Shown: positions 48,536 through 60,150 of the stretch, in pieces | Layout: each line of letters begins with the position of its first letter | Position numbering within the stretch: position 1 is the stretch's first letter | NCBI GenBank assembly: GCA_965153285.1 | Contig: OZ229115.1 | Source: Podarcis tiliguerta | Taxonomy: Eukaryota | Direction: 5' to 3' (one strand) | DNA: 64,000 nt | Position numbers and translations under genes: made by a program | The notes under the pieces: generated by a model | What the model saw: only the letters and a program-made list of their open reading frames with translations | Database searches by the model: none | Told to the model about the DNA's origin: nothing

Positions 48536-49925
48536 TCAAGAATGAATCTTACTGAGGATGAAATTTCAAAGCACTTCGAAGGTTTCATAATGAGGCTTCT
48601 GGATGTAGTAATCTCTGCTTTACCAAAGGCAGTTACTCTTTTGTGAACTATATCAACAATTAAATTAAATTTTGTTTCTCAAAAAAGCTTTTGCTGACAC
48701 ACAATACTGAAGAGTTTAGAGTAGGGGTCTTTCCAGGTCCTTTTTAATTACCTAAAAATGTAACTGGTATTTGACAGGGGACTAGATTGGCCATTCTGAA
48801 AGAGCAATTATGTGTCTCAGTTGTCTGTCCTCTTTTTTTAATCATAAGGATGCCCTTTTTTCAACCAGTTCCATTACACTAATGAGGGCATCTCAGTGAG
48901 AGGTGTGAGGTGTGGTTAATATTAAGACCATCTTTTCTTATAGCTACAACCATCTGTAGGAATTAGTTTCCGCAGCTAGTGTTTGGAGGCTGACTTCCTG
49001 TTCAGTGGAACACAGTGCTTTGGAATAGGAGAATTCATGCAGATAGTGCCTAAGGAGATTTAAGATTGTCTTTGCGCTCTTGAGTTCATTGTACTGCGTA
49101 GCATTCCCTTCCCATATACAATTAGTAGTGTGAAATTTAAATCCCACCCCCAGTTCTGTTTTGCTTTTTACATTGAATAGGCACGCAGTTGAGCTTCATC
49201 TATATAGAAAATACTGATTCATTCCCCCGAAATGGTTCCAATTTTATTTCTGTTTTTGTAGCTTATTTGTTTTTGTCAATGTGTGTTGTCCATTGATACT
49301 ATATCAATCCAGTTTTTTAATTGATAAAGTGCACCAGAAACTGATTTTGATGACTTAATCCATAGATGTTATGACAAGGATGCCATTACCTTTTGTTGGA
49401 TAGCAGTGTGACTGATTGGCTGTAGATGTTCCTGACATAGCCTGTCAGAAGGGGTTATTTTATCTGAAACCAGTATGGTTACAGATGAGAGCGGTCCTGG
49501 GAAACATCATTCACTTCTACTAGTCACATCCATCACTTCCTAATTATTGCAGTTTTCAGGCAAGAAACAAGTTCTCCTTACTGTCCCTTAAGGGACTTGA
49601 TTGTCGCTGATGTAACCAGTCTCTGCTCAAGTGACATGGGAACTAATAGGATTAATTTACTAGATTTAGGGCACACCTCTGCTTCAGGCTGAAATACATT
49701 ACTTTAACTTGGAGCCATATAGTCTAAGTGTATATATCAGGTGAATGTGCTGACACTAGTGATGCTAAATTGAGCATGGTGGCTGGGCTGAACATCCTAG
49801 TATTCACACTGGGAACTAGTCATTTTTGTTGAGTAGCTTAATAGAAACATTCTTCGTAGTTTGGAAATGCAATCCTTCTAGCCTATGAAGCACTTCTCTT
49901 TTTTTAATTATAAATACTATGAAAA

Positions 49926-50055
49926 TCCCCCTAATGTCTCAACAAATGAAACGGATTTGTAAAAATGTTACATGGAAAAAAAATGAGGCATTACACTTTT
50001 GTAAAACAAGAAAATCCTTAATAAAATATTTTTAAAAAAAACAACAACAAAAAAT
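49926..50055 (+). mobile_element. Short 3' end of the same L1/Tx1-like family as 33143-33618
   Basis: CTAATGTCTCAACAAATGAAAC..TTGTAAAACAAGAAAATC matches the reverse complement of about 33143-33235. AATAAA plus A-rich tail; TSD TACTATGAAAA at 49915-49925 and 50056-50066. Confidence 0.8.
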
Positions 50056-50514
50056 TACTATGAAAAAATACTGATTTTTAACTAAATTTATTCCCCATGG
50101 TTGTATGATAATCTAAAATATTTGACAAGAAATTGTGAAAATGGAAAAACTAACAAAATTTAGAATCACATTTCAAAATGGTATTCAAAATTGCAAAAAA
50201 TAGAATACAGTAGAAAAAAATAGAAGTTTTGGTCAGTTAGAATTTGTAAGGACTTTGATCACTCTGAATGTCAAAGCTGTGAAAAAGGCACATGTCAGTT
50301 TCTAGATTCTTGAGAGGTAGGTCAACAAACATGCCAGTGTAACTGGTTCAGTGAAGTTCGCATTAGTTTTCTGTTATGGTAAGCTAGTCACCCATCCAGG
50401 TTTCATTTAAGGATCACATGAAGTGGAGGCAGCTTTGGATATATGTAACACTCCAATTGGTTCTTTCTAGGTCTGCGGTGTTTGTGAGGAAAGGATTCTC
50501 ATTTTATTTTGTGA

Positions 50515-51130
50515 GGTTTGTTTATTCATTTAAAAGCATCTGTTAGCACCCCCCCCATATCTTTAAATCTCTAAATGATGTACAACATAACACCCATAAA
50601 ACAGTAGTGTAGAAGCATGTAAGATCAAATAAAAGCAGGAATTCATGGAATTGAAACACATAAAAAAGGATCTAATCTCATGGTTCAAGGAAAGCCTGGA
50701 GTGGGGGTGGGGAAAGTCTTTACAAAATTCCTGAAACAATTGATGGTAGCTACTTCACATAGGACAGAAGGAAGGGCATTCAGAAAACGCTCATCATCTG
50801 TTCCCTGCCCTATGATGTTTTGTAGGGTGTTGTACCATGAAAACATTTCCCCCATATGTTCTAAGTGATCTTACAGGCAGTTTTTCCAAGTATCCCAGTT
50901 CTGAGTTGTCCAGGGCTTTATATGTTAACCGCCAGACCTTGAACACAGCCCAGCAGCTGATCAGCAGCCAGTACAGTTCCTTCAGCACAGGCAAAACATG
51001 TTCACATCCAGCTGCTCCACTCAGAAAGCTGTCCACATCATTCTGCACCAGCTTCAGCACCAGCCCCAAGGGAAACCCCACAGTAGTCCAATAATGAGAT
51101 TACCGGCACATGAAACACGGTGGCTAAGGT
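50515..51130 (-). mobile_element. L2 LINE 3' fragment
   Basis: ORF 50794..51081(-) LKLVQN...EHVLPVLKELYWLLISCWAVFKVWRLTYKAL is the L2 RT C-terminal signature. Confidence 0.88.
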
Positions 51131-51214
51131 ATCAAGATGAGGATGTATGTAAGGTCTATATCCTAGAGGAGGCATACCCAAAGTGGTGCCGTTAAATTGT
51201 TATTTAGTGTTTCA

Positions 51215-51301
51215 ACATCTCTGACCACTAGCCATGCTAATTGAAGATTATGAGAGTTGTAGTCCATTAAGATCTGGAGGATACCATGTTGGCTACCCCT
51301 G
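51215..51301. mobile_element. Partial hAT-like MITE
   Basis: GAGAGTTGTAGTCC..ATCTGGAGG..GTTGGCTACCCCTG right end of the family seen at 7987. Confidence 0.6.
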
Positions 51302-51350
51302 CTCTAGAAGTAGCATTAGCACAGTTTTGAGGAGTGCTAAGTCAAGATTA

Positions 51351-51704
51351 GGGACGTGGGTGGCGCTGTGGTCTAAACCACAGAGCCTAGGGCTTGCCAA
51401 TCGGAAGGTCGGCCGTTTGAATCACTGCAATGGGGTGAGCTCCTGTTGTTCGGTCCCAGCTCCTGCCCACCTAGCAGTTCGAAAGCATGTTAAGTGCAAG
51501 TAGAAAAATGGGTACCGCTCCAGCGGGAAGGTAAATGGTGTTTCTGTGCGCTGCTCTGGTTTGCCAGAAGCGGCTTAGTCATGCTGGCCACATGACCCGG
51601 AAGCTGTATGCCGGCTCCCTCGGACAGTAAAGCAAGATGAGTGCTGCAACCCCAGAGTCAGCCACGACTGGACCTAACGGTCTGGGTACTTTTACCTTTA
51701 CTTT
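51351..51704 (+). mobile_element. Sauria SINE, full length
   Basis: Head GGGACGTGGGTGGCGCTGTGG, (ACCTTT)-like tail, 12-bp TSD TAAGTCAAGATT at 51338-51349 and 51705-51716. Confidence 0.94.
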
Positions 51705-53124
51705 TAAGTCAAGATTTTATAGTGAATATTTTGCTGCGTCAGGGTGAGGATATATGTAATTATGCAGTTGACATACGTTCCTGTGTAAAGCAGAGAATCA
51801 AAAAAGAAAAGAAAATCACAAGTTGTGAGGTATTTGCTAGTTATATTCTTGAAGAAAAGGTATACTTATTTACACATTTAAAGTGCTGGGTTTGATTGCA
51901 CAATCTTGTAATAGCCACAATTAAATAACCTGATAATGACAACAGCACTGTTTCTGCCAAGGATGGGTGATACTGACTTCCTGAGACAGAAGGCCCCATT
52001 TCATTGGCATTCATTTTAAATTCAGGCCCAAGGGTAAAATCTACTATCCATAAATGATGCAGGAGTGGGTGGCTCTTCCCTCTCTGCTAAATACATTGCC
52101 GGCTTCCCCCTGGCAGGTGTAAATTGGTCAATTAATGTGATCCTGCTGGGCACAGTCATAGGCATCTGTTATGCAATCTACCAACAATGAGACCCAAATG
52201 CTTCTAGTAGTTTTCTCCTTCCATTTTTCTCTGTCCATCTCATAAGCTCAAACAACATTTCATGCACAATAAGAATAGCAATAATTATCTACCAGTATCT
52301 GGAGGGGAATGAATCCTTGATAGTACAGTTTAGATGGTTGGGAGGTGCAAAAGCTGTTACATGCCTCTTTGAAGTATCCACAGCAGCCTGTTACAAAATG
52401 CATTAGACTGGCCTGTTCTAAAACTTTTTTTTAAAGGAGGGAGTGTTTTTGTTAGAATTGTTTGTAAAAGTTACAGGTGAATATTGTGACCAGGATGGCC
52501 AAGTATTGCTTGCACTGGCCCACTTTCCCCCCTCTTACTGGCAGCTAAGCTACAAATGGATAATGTTGAAAGAAGAAAAATGCAAGAACAGTTGCAAACA
52601 TTTCCACAGAATCCATAGCAGCTGCCAAGCTCCCCTCACTAGTCGTCACCCACAGACACTTGTCTTGAATTGTAGGTTCACCTTCTGTTCACTGAAGGCT
52701 CTCAGTCTAATGAAGTATCACAGTTGCTCAAGGGGCAGGCAATTTTAGACGACTGCCCTGCTCTGCAATTGTTCTGGAGGGTTCCCCAATCCTTCAGAGT
52801 AGATTTTTAGAGGTGCAAGTGGCTAAAGGTGAAAGAGGGAATGAAACTTCTCTTCCGAAGTCAATATCCCCTAACAATTGCACAAGGAAAGCAGCAGTTA
52901 CAGAGCAGTAAGATAATGACTTTATGACAAAATATGCCCCCTCTCCCAGTTTGTCCAGGGAGGGTTGCTGGGATTTGAAAGTACACAGGTATACTTTTAG
53001 TTGTGGAAGATATATCTGGAGGAAAGTCAGGTACACACAGTGAAACCCTTTTATTGCATTTTTTGACAGTCACAGATGTAGAACTGTCAGGTTGTCAAGC
53101 CATGTCTTGGTCAGACATACAGTC

Positions 53125-53288
53125 AGGAATATAGGAAGCTGACTTATACTGGCTCAAACCACTGGTCCATCTAGTTCTGTATTTTCTCTCCAGGATTTCA
53201 GGCAGGAAGTATTGCCCAGCCCTACCTGGGGATGCTGTGGGTTGAAACTGGGATCTTCTGCATGCAAAGCACATGCTTCTGTCACTGA
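53125..53288 (-). mobile_element. tRNA-derived SINE (Squam2-like)
   Basis: Reverse complement of the 28657/59208 family, including CTTCTGCATGCAAAGCACATGC. Confidence 0.8.
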
Positions 53289-53369
53289 TTTGCTAAACCA
53301 TGACTTGTTAAATCATAGCTTAGCAGCCAGGAACAACCAACAGGACTCCACGATCTCTTCTTGTCTCTT

Positions 53370-53625
53370 GAGAGCCAGTGTGGTGTAGTGGTTAAGAGCG
53401 GTAGTCTCATAATCTGGGGAACCGGGTTCGTGTCTCCGCTCCTGCACATGCAGCTGCTGGGTGACCTTGGGCCAGTTACACTTCTTTGAAGTCTCTCAGC
53501 CCCACTCACCTCACAGAGTGTTTGTTGTGGGGGAGGAAGGGAAAGGAGAATGTTAGCCGCTTTGAGACTCCTGAAGGGGGAGTGGAAGGTGAGGTATCAA
53601 ATCCAAACTCTTCTTCTTCTTCTTC
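53370..53625 (+). mobile_element. tRNA-derived SINE with L2-type tail (Squam3-like), full length
   Basis: GAGAGCCAGTGTGGTGTAGTGG (A box), GGTTCGTGTCT (B-box-like), GCCGCTTTGAGACTCC tail, (CTT)n end. Confidence 0.88.
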
Positions 53626-53631
53626 CCCCCT

Positions 53632-53800
53632 CCCCACACCTTCAGCACTTACTTCCTGCTTTAAGTAAACCACAGTTATGCATTACATCCAAAATGGAGA
53701 ACTTACTTGTAACCAGACTTAAACCACAGTTTCCTGTTCTGATGTAAATGTTAACAGCGGTTTAATTAAGCAAGGAGGTAAGTGCGGAGGGAGTGTGTGG
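53632..53800. mobile_element. Fold-back MITE-like palindrome
   Basis: CAGCACTTACTTCCTGCTTTAAGTAAACCACAGTTA pairs imperfectly with TAACAGCGGTTTAATTAAGCAAGGAGGTAAGTGCGG; the inner arms also pair. Confidence 0.7.
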
Positions 53801-54429
53801 TTGCCTCACTCCCAGCTCCTACACTATGATGTAACAAACCCATGAATTATATGTCCAAATGAGGCCAATATCTTGCTGTCTGTGGGTTAACACCTGGCTA
53901 CCAAGCAGGAAAGTCACCCTGTTGCAAACCTAGTAACTGTTGCTTCTTATTAAATGATGTTAGCATGCATGGTGCGTGCTTCTAAAGTAGTAATTTTTAA
54001 TTTCATTCTTTCCAATTTAAAATGAGCTTTTTAATAATGTAGAACTTCAGAGATAGAAGCAATGTATTTGCATATGCCAGCTATGCGCCATCAGGTTTGT
54101 GTCTTTATACATTCGGTGTTTTAGTATCAAAGCCTGTTTTGTTGTTTTTTATTTAATAGCACCCAAAGGTGCGCTAGGCACATCACAGAAGGTATAAAGA
54201 GACACAGTCCCTGCACTAAAAAGCTTGTAATCTAAATTTAGGATTGACGTAATGCATGTGGATAAGTGAAATTGAGTGTGTTGTGTGTGAGAGCGAGAGA
54301 AGACAGCAGGAGAATCATTTGCTTGTGCAAAGCAAGGCAACTACATATGTCAATAAGAAAACAAAAAATGTTGGTGAAAGCTCTTGCAGTTAATTGACTT
54401 GTAATAACTTAAAGGAGTAACATCTTGGT

Positions 54430-54800
54430 TGAGTGTTTGGACAATTAGGAAATGTTCAGACCATGGGCTGGTTTGGAAAGGGCATTTTTTGACACCATCT
54501 GTGAGACCAGCTGTCAGGAAAGAGAAAATAAGGCCCACAGCAGTTAGGCAAGGCATTGTGTTGCTGGAAGTAAAGGTATCTGAAGTAGTGAGGCTACCCA
54601 GGAAAAAGGTTTAAATAAGATCCTCATTCACCTACCTGGTTAATTTTTGAGGATTAAGCCACAAGTGCTGACTCCTAGTTTTCATCACCCTTCACAAGGC
54701 AAGGTAGCGGCCTTCCTCAGTTCAGCTGGTAATCCCTTAATGTATTGCTGGACTACAAGACAGCTGGTCTCTGAGAGGCAAATATTTTTGGAGAAGCAAA
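54430..54800 (+). mobile_element. Possible DIRS tyrosine-recombinase region relic
   Basis: SDHGLVWKGHFLTPSVRPAV (cf. SHPLV..FLKG...PPVRPPV) and PQVLTPSFHHPSQ (cf. PKVVxxFHxxQ). Confidence 0.4.
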
Positions 54801-57800
54801 GTAGCAGCATGACCTCCTGCTACACCTGATCTCAGTTTCTCTAGACTAACTAACCCTTTCCGTGGTAAGAGTCCACTATTGGGTGTTTCTTTCTGCATAT
54901 ATTGTAATGTTCTGTGCTCCACTGTCAGCCTCTGTAATCCTGGCAATACCTGTCTGTTGATCACAGGAGTTGTTACCATTTTTCTCTTGCTCTGCTGCAT
55001 CTTTGCTCTTAATTCTAACCCTTCATGCTGTAGGTATTACTGGGATTGAACATAAATGAAGCTACATTACACTCAGGGTTGTGTGTTGTGATCCTGCAAG
55101 TACACAGAAAGTGAATGGAAGTTCAGCTTCCAAACATTCTTAATTTAGATTTATAAAAGGAAAAGCAAGCCTCTAAGCTTTATGGTTATGAGGTTAGGCT
55201 TGAGCTGCTAAAATCTCAGAAGCAGAAGAAGTGGATGAAGTAGATTTCCAGTGATTGAGGGCGACCTGTGCAGAGCTTGTCTGAGGCCCAGGGTGGGAGT
55301 CTTGTTAGGATAAAATTATAAACTCAAACAAAAAAGCAGCTGGTCCCTGGTGAGGCCCAGGGCAAGTATACCCGGCTGGCCATCCCTCTCTGCATGGGCC
55401 TGGTTGAGGGAGGGGCTTCAGTGCATGATTCCTGCATGGCTAGAAAAATCCAAGTTTTCGGGAAAGGGTCCTTCTCAGCCTGGCTGCTTGAAAAACTTTC
55501 TGACTAGAGATGTCTGATATTGAACTTCAGACTGTCTGCATTTTGTTCTGACTTGCAGCCCCTCTCCGAATATTACTATAAGAATAAAACCTTGGAAGAT
55601 GCAGTCTAGCACATGATGATAGGGACTTTATAATGATAGGCACTGCTGCATTGAGAGGGAGAAGGTGTTGCCTCTGAGCTTTCCACTCCATCACCTCCAC
55701 ATGTCCCATTGCACAGCCTGTTTCCTATCTGCCAGCTAGAGGTGATGGCAGAAGATGGTGGAGGGACAGAACAGGATGCTCAGCCACTGCCTCAGAATTT
55801 TTAAAGCTTTTGGGAGGATCTATGGGTTGCAACCTTGCAGTTCCAACCTCACTCAGTAAAACCAGAATGCAGCACATTTTGTTAGTACATCTCACAAAGA
55901 GACAGCGCTGACTTTGAAGCCCTAACAACGCCCTAGCCTGGCCTTCAAACTAATTTCTGATATTTGGGATTGAGGCAGCTCCAAACCTCTGAAAAACCCA
56001 GTTCAGCCTAAAATCCCAATAGTGTGTCATGTGTAGAAGCCAAAATTAGTAGGACGAGAGAGCATAGACTTCTGGGAAAGGTTTTCTTTCCTGAGAAGCA
56101 TTTGATTGTACTCCTTCCCCCCCTTGAAGTATCAGATTTTTGATCTTTTGGAAGACTGAACTGCAATGTATCTGTCAATTCACTACAGACTAATTTGTGG
56201 GCAAGGCTTGTACCTGCATTTAGTCTTTTGCAGGGAATGTGGGAGAGGCCATCTGCCATTGCTTTTCTACGTTACTTCCCCAGTGATTGGTGTGGGGTGT
56301 GGCGGAGAGCAGAGATTGAGAGTCTTCTGCTTTTGGTAGGTACTAATACTTGTTTGAAGAGAAATCTGATATATCAGAGTTATATTGGAGTTATTTAAAC
56401 CAGTGGTTTAATATGGTCGGATGTAAAGAAAACAAGTGTTCCTGAATCCTTTCCTCTCCCTCCTCGCTCCCCTGTTATAGAATTTGGCCTAATTAAGTGT
56501 GCCTGAATGTATGCAAGTGCTGTTCATTCTTCATAACATGCCCCTTAAAAAAAAAAGCTCTGTGTTCATGCCATTAAAAAGAAGACAAAGAAGAAGAAAG
56601 ATTTGATTTGGAAGACTGATTAGCAATCTGCTGTATTCTTCAGCTGAAGTTTGGGGGGCAGTAGTCCAATTCACTGTTTATTTTGAGGAGGGAATTGCAG
56701 GTTCTTGTTTTCCTCAGTCGTTAGATAAGCAATTTGACTAAATAGCAGTTTTAATCAGGTTTAATGACGTCTTCTCTGTGTGTAAGGGCCCATAAGATAC
56801 TTAAGTCTAAAGGTCTGTTGTAATCAGCTAGGTTATTAGATTTGTTTACAGATCATATGCTATGGCTTTCCTTTGATAACAATGTGTAGTTGACCTTTGT
56901 TCCTAGTTAAAAGTTAATTAGAGAATAAATACAGTTGCCCCGTTACTGACTGGGGTGTGTTGCACTGCATGAAGGGAAATACTAAGATATTGACTTGCCT
57001 ATATGTTACAAAATTACAAAACTACAACTGGCACTAAATGCACAATATAAAAGCACCCCAATGTTTAAGAATTCCTCGTATAATAAGGAATAGTAAGTGT
57101 GGACCCTTCCCCAAATTTTCATCTGAATTGTTTCACATGGTGATAGGAGGATTAATTGTTCTCTCCTTAGCTGCAGTCCTGATTAAAATCCCCTGCTCTC
57201 TGTTATTAGCCTTCTCCCTAAGACTAATAATACTAAGTGAGTGGCAATTTTAATCAGGATCACATCTGGGAAAGGAAGGGTTAAACCTTACCTCTTGAAT
57301 TTCTGGTGAAATCCTGGTGACCCCCCCCCCACCTGCTATTTTAAAAATTGTGAAACTCACATTGCAGGTGTGGTTTTAATAGGGAATGGCTTGCTTAAAG
57401 CCGCCTAGTGAGCTCGTGGCAAAGTAGATTTCAAACTGGGGACTTCCTGATTTCATAGCTCCGTCATTTAGCTATTCTATCACAGTACATCAGTGTAATT
57501 ATTCAGGCCCCAAGGTCAGAAAAAGCGGATTAGGAATGGTGTGGAAAATAATGCAATTGACTTTGAATTTCACCAGCTGAATCCAGAGGGAAATAAAGGC
57601 AGTTCCCAATTTAAACATGTCTGATTGATGCAAGATTGTGCACACGCGCACGGCACCGAACCTGGAAGTGACACTAAAGTGTCACTGAAAGGACAGAACA
57701 GGGAAGTGGCGGAATGCTTTAGGCAGGACACGTGCAGTGGCCCAGAATGTAACCCCTGTACAAAACTAGGATTGTCTGTACAACATCAGGAAAAGCTCTC

Positions 57801-57974
57801 TCATATCTAGGTTTAGGGAGAACGGTTATAGGTAAGACATTGTGTAACTTCTAGGCCGTCTTTACACAGGACCTCTCTTGTGTTACAAATTCAAGAGAAT
57901 TTGGGGCATATTGTGGCGGTCCCGAGGCAGTTAAGGTGGTTTTAATAAGCTTATCATTTGCAGGTCAGAAGTTT

Positions 57975-58412
57975 CAAGGCAGTCTTTTTCATTGTCAAGC
58001 AGCTCTTACTGGTCATTTCCCCCTGATGTCTAGCTGGAATTTCCTTTTTGAAATTTCTACTCATTGATTCTAGCTCCTCTTTTTTAGTAACTTTTTACTC
58101 AGTTTTATAAACAAGGATCACAGGAACAATAAATGATACAAATAATTACAAATGCTATAAATAAAAAGACTATTTTTTTAACATCACAAAAATAGCATAA
58201 TAAATTTGCAGTAATATCTACGGTTCATTATTAGTGGTCAATGTACATGTTCTTGGTTCATGAAGTGGTTTAAATAATAACAAAAGGGGAGCATCATTGA
58301 TTTGAATAACTAGATAAACAGAGAACAAGTCTGCTCTCACCTCCTGCATGACAGGCCTTATTCTATTTGAAGAACACTGCTGTGTCTCACCTTAATCTTC
58401 CCCTTTTCAGGA
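57975..58412 (-). mobile_element. CR1 fragment interrupted by an AT-rich insert (about 58081-58320)
   Basis: CTGATGTCTAGCTGGAATTTCC..CATTGATTCTAG joins GAACAAGTCTGCTC..CACCTTAATCTTCCCCTTTTCAGG, antisense CR1 ORF2 3' motifs. Confidence 0.65.
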
Positions 58413-59207
58413 TATAACTGATTCTGTACTAGTAGTTAATAGTAGAAGGGAGTTCTGACCACTGTAGGAAACAGGACTGTGGACTAAATGGACCATCAAT
58501 CCACTCCAGTAGGGCATTTCTTATGTTCTAATATTCAGTATTATAGTGTGTCTCAGTAGTTTCCCCCTTGTACTGCTCTTTCTTGTGTAGAAGAGTATCT
58601 GTTTTGTTTTTGGTATGTGAGCTTTTGTTTTGATAACAGATAACAGTGTGTGTACATATCAGATTTTATTAAAAAGTAACAGGGTTAAAATGTCCTTCTG
58701 TCTTACCATCTGAACAGAAGAGACTACTCACAGGTGGTGCAGAGGAGCAGCGAATTCACTTACTGTATACCTAGCAGCTCCTGCCCTAGTTTTTTCCATC
58801 TGTTCCTTCTCTTCCCAACCCCCATGTTCCACACTGTTTATGGTTGCAAAACAAACACCACCACCTACCCTTATTACTTAACCCCAGCTATTAAGAAAAC
58901 ATTGTAAGAAGAAAGGGCTGACAGATCAAGTATGTGTGGGGCCATTTTCACAAAACATAAAAGCAGATTAGGACTATTTGCATAACTGGAAGATGTTTCT
59001 TTAAAAAAGAAAAGGGAAAAAAAGAACAGCCAGAAAGCATTAACATTAAGAGGTGTGGGCAATTTTCATTCTTACCTGGTGTGCCCGCAGAGAGGATTTA
59101 ATTAAAATTTAATAGCATAGTGCCCTGTGTGTATGATACAATGTATTGCACTTTCTTTATGCAATGATTTGCCTTTAGTAATCAGTATTTGAAAAGCAGA
59201 AGGGGAA

Positions 59208-59390
59208 GGGCCATGGCTCAGTGATATTACATATGTTTTGAATGGAAAAGGTCCCAGGTTCCATCCCCAATATCTCCAAGCAGGGCTGAAATAAACACCT
59301 GCCTGGAACCCTGGGGAACTGCTGCCAGCCTCTGTAGATAAAACTGAGCTAGGTAGGCGCAGTAGACTGACTTAGAGCACCTTCCTATGT
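59208..59390 (+). mobile_element. tRNA-derived SINE (Squam2-like)
   Basis: GGGCCATGGCTCAGTG...GGTCCCAGGTTCCATCCCC...ACTGAGCTAG...CTTCCTATGT. Confidence 0.85.
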
Positions 59391-59599
59391 GTCTAGATGT
59401 TCTTTCTCTGTGAGAAAGTACAGTACTGAAATGATTAAAAAGGTAATACCCCAGTTCCTAAAGATTTCAAAATGGAGGCCTTGAACTCCAGGCTCTAGTC
59501 AAGAATGATGTTGATGAACTTGTCGGAGGCTTATTTACTTAATGCCATCTGATGGGTACCAGAAATACCAATGCAGCAAGATAGGTCACTCTGAACTGC

Positions 59600-60150
59600 C
59601 TTTGGTGACATGGGTTCTTAATAAATTGGGGGGAAGTTTCATTGGAACCCTCCCCAAAAACCATGCCTCTGGGTGTACAACTGAAGATGCCAGCCTTCAA
59701 GATTTGGTTGTCCAAAGGCCACATAGAGAAAGTGACCCAACTTAAAATCCAAATTGCAAGTGCAACTGAGGTGTATCTGATGGTATTAGTCAAATTTCCA
59801 GGCATGGTGGTATCGTTTCAGAATCATGTTCCCTAGGCAGCACACCTCCCTTTACCCCTTCAGAAAATGCTGTTCTGCTATCAGGACCAGATTGCAAAAT
59901 CCAAACACATTCAGATTTCAGTAAGTGCCTAGCTGTGCAGAGAGCTCTGATGATGGTAGTCCTATGGAAGTTAGTAGATGGGGTATGTTTGGATGCTCAC
60001 CTCAGGCTTGTGATCACAAGACGCCAGACTTTATGATTGGGGACCCCACCCAGGTTCCTTGGTGACTCAAGGTGTTTGGAGCATCCCCGAAACAATGCAG
60101 CTTCAACTAGGTGGAGCTCAGGGGGATGAGGCTGGCGCTAGTAGCCTTGC
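59600..60150 (-). mobile_element. DIRS tyrosine-recombinase relic
   Basis: Collinear minus-strand motifs TSA..ELH, IIRALCTARHLLKSECVWILQSGP (cf. VRRAL...FRKSDxLFVxxSGP), GKGRCAA*GT and SW...PLDNQILKAGIFS (cf. PLDQICKAATWS). Confidence 0.55.
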
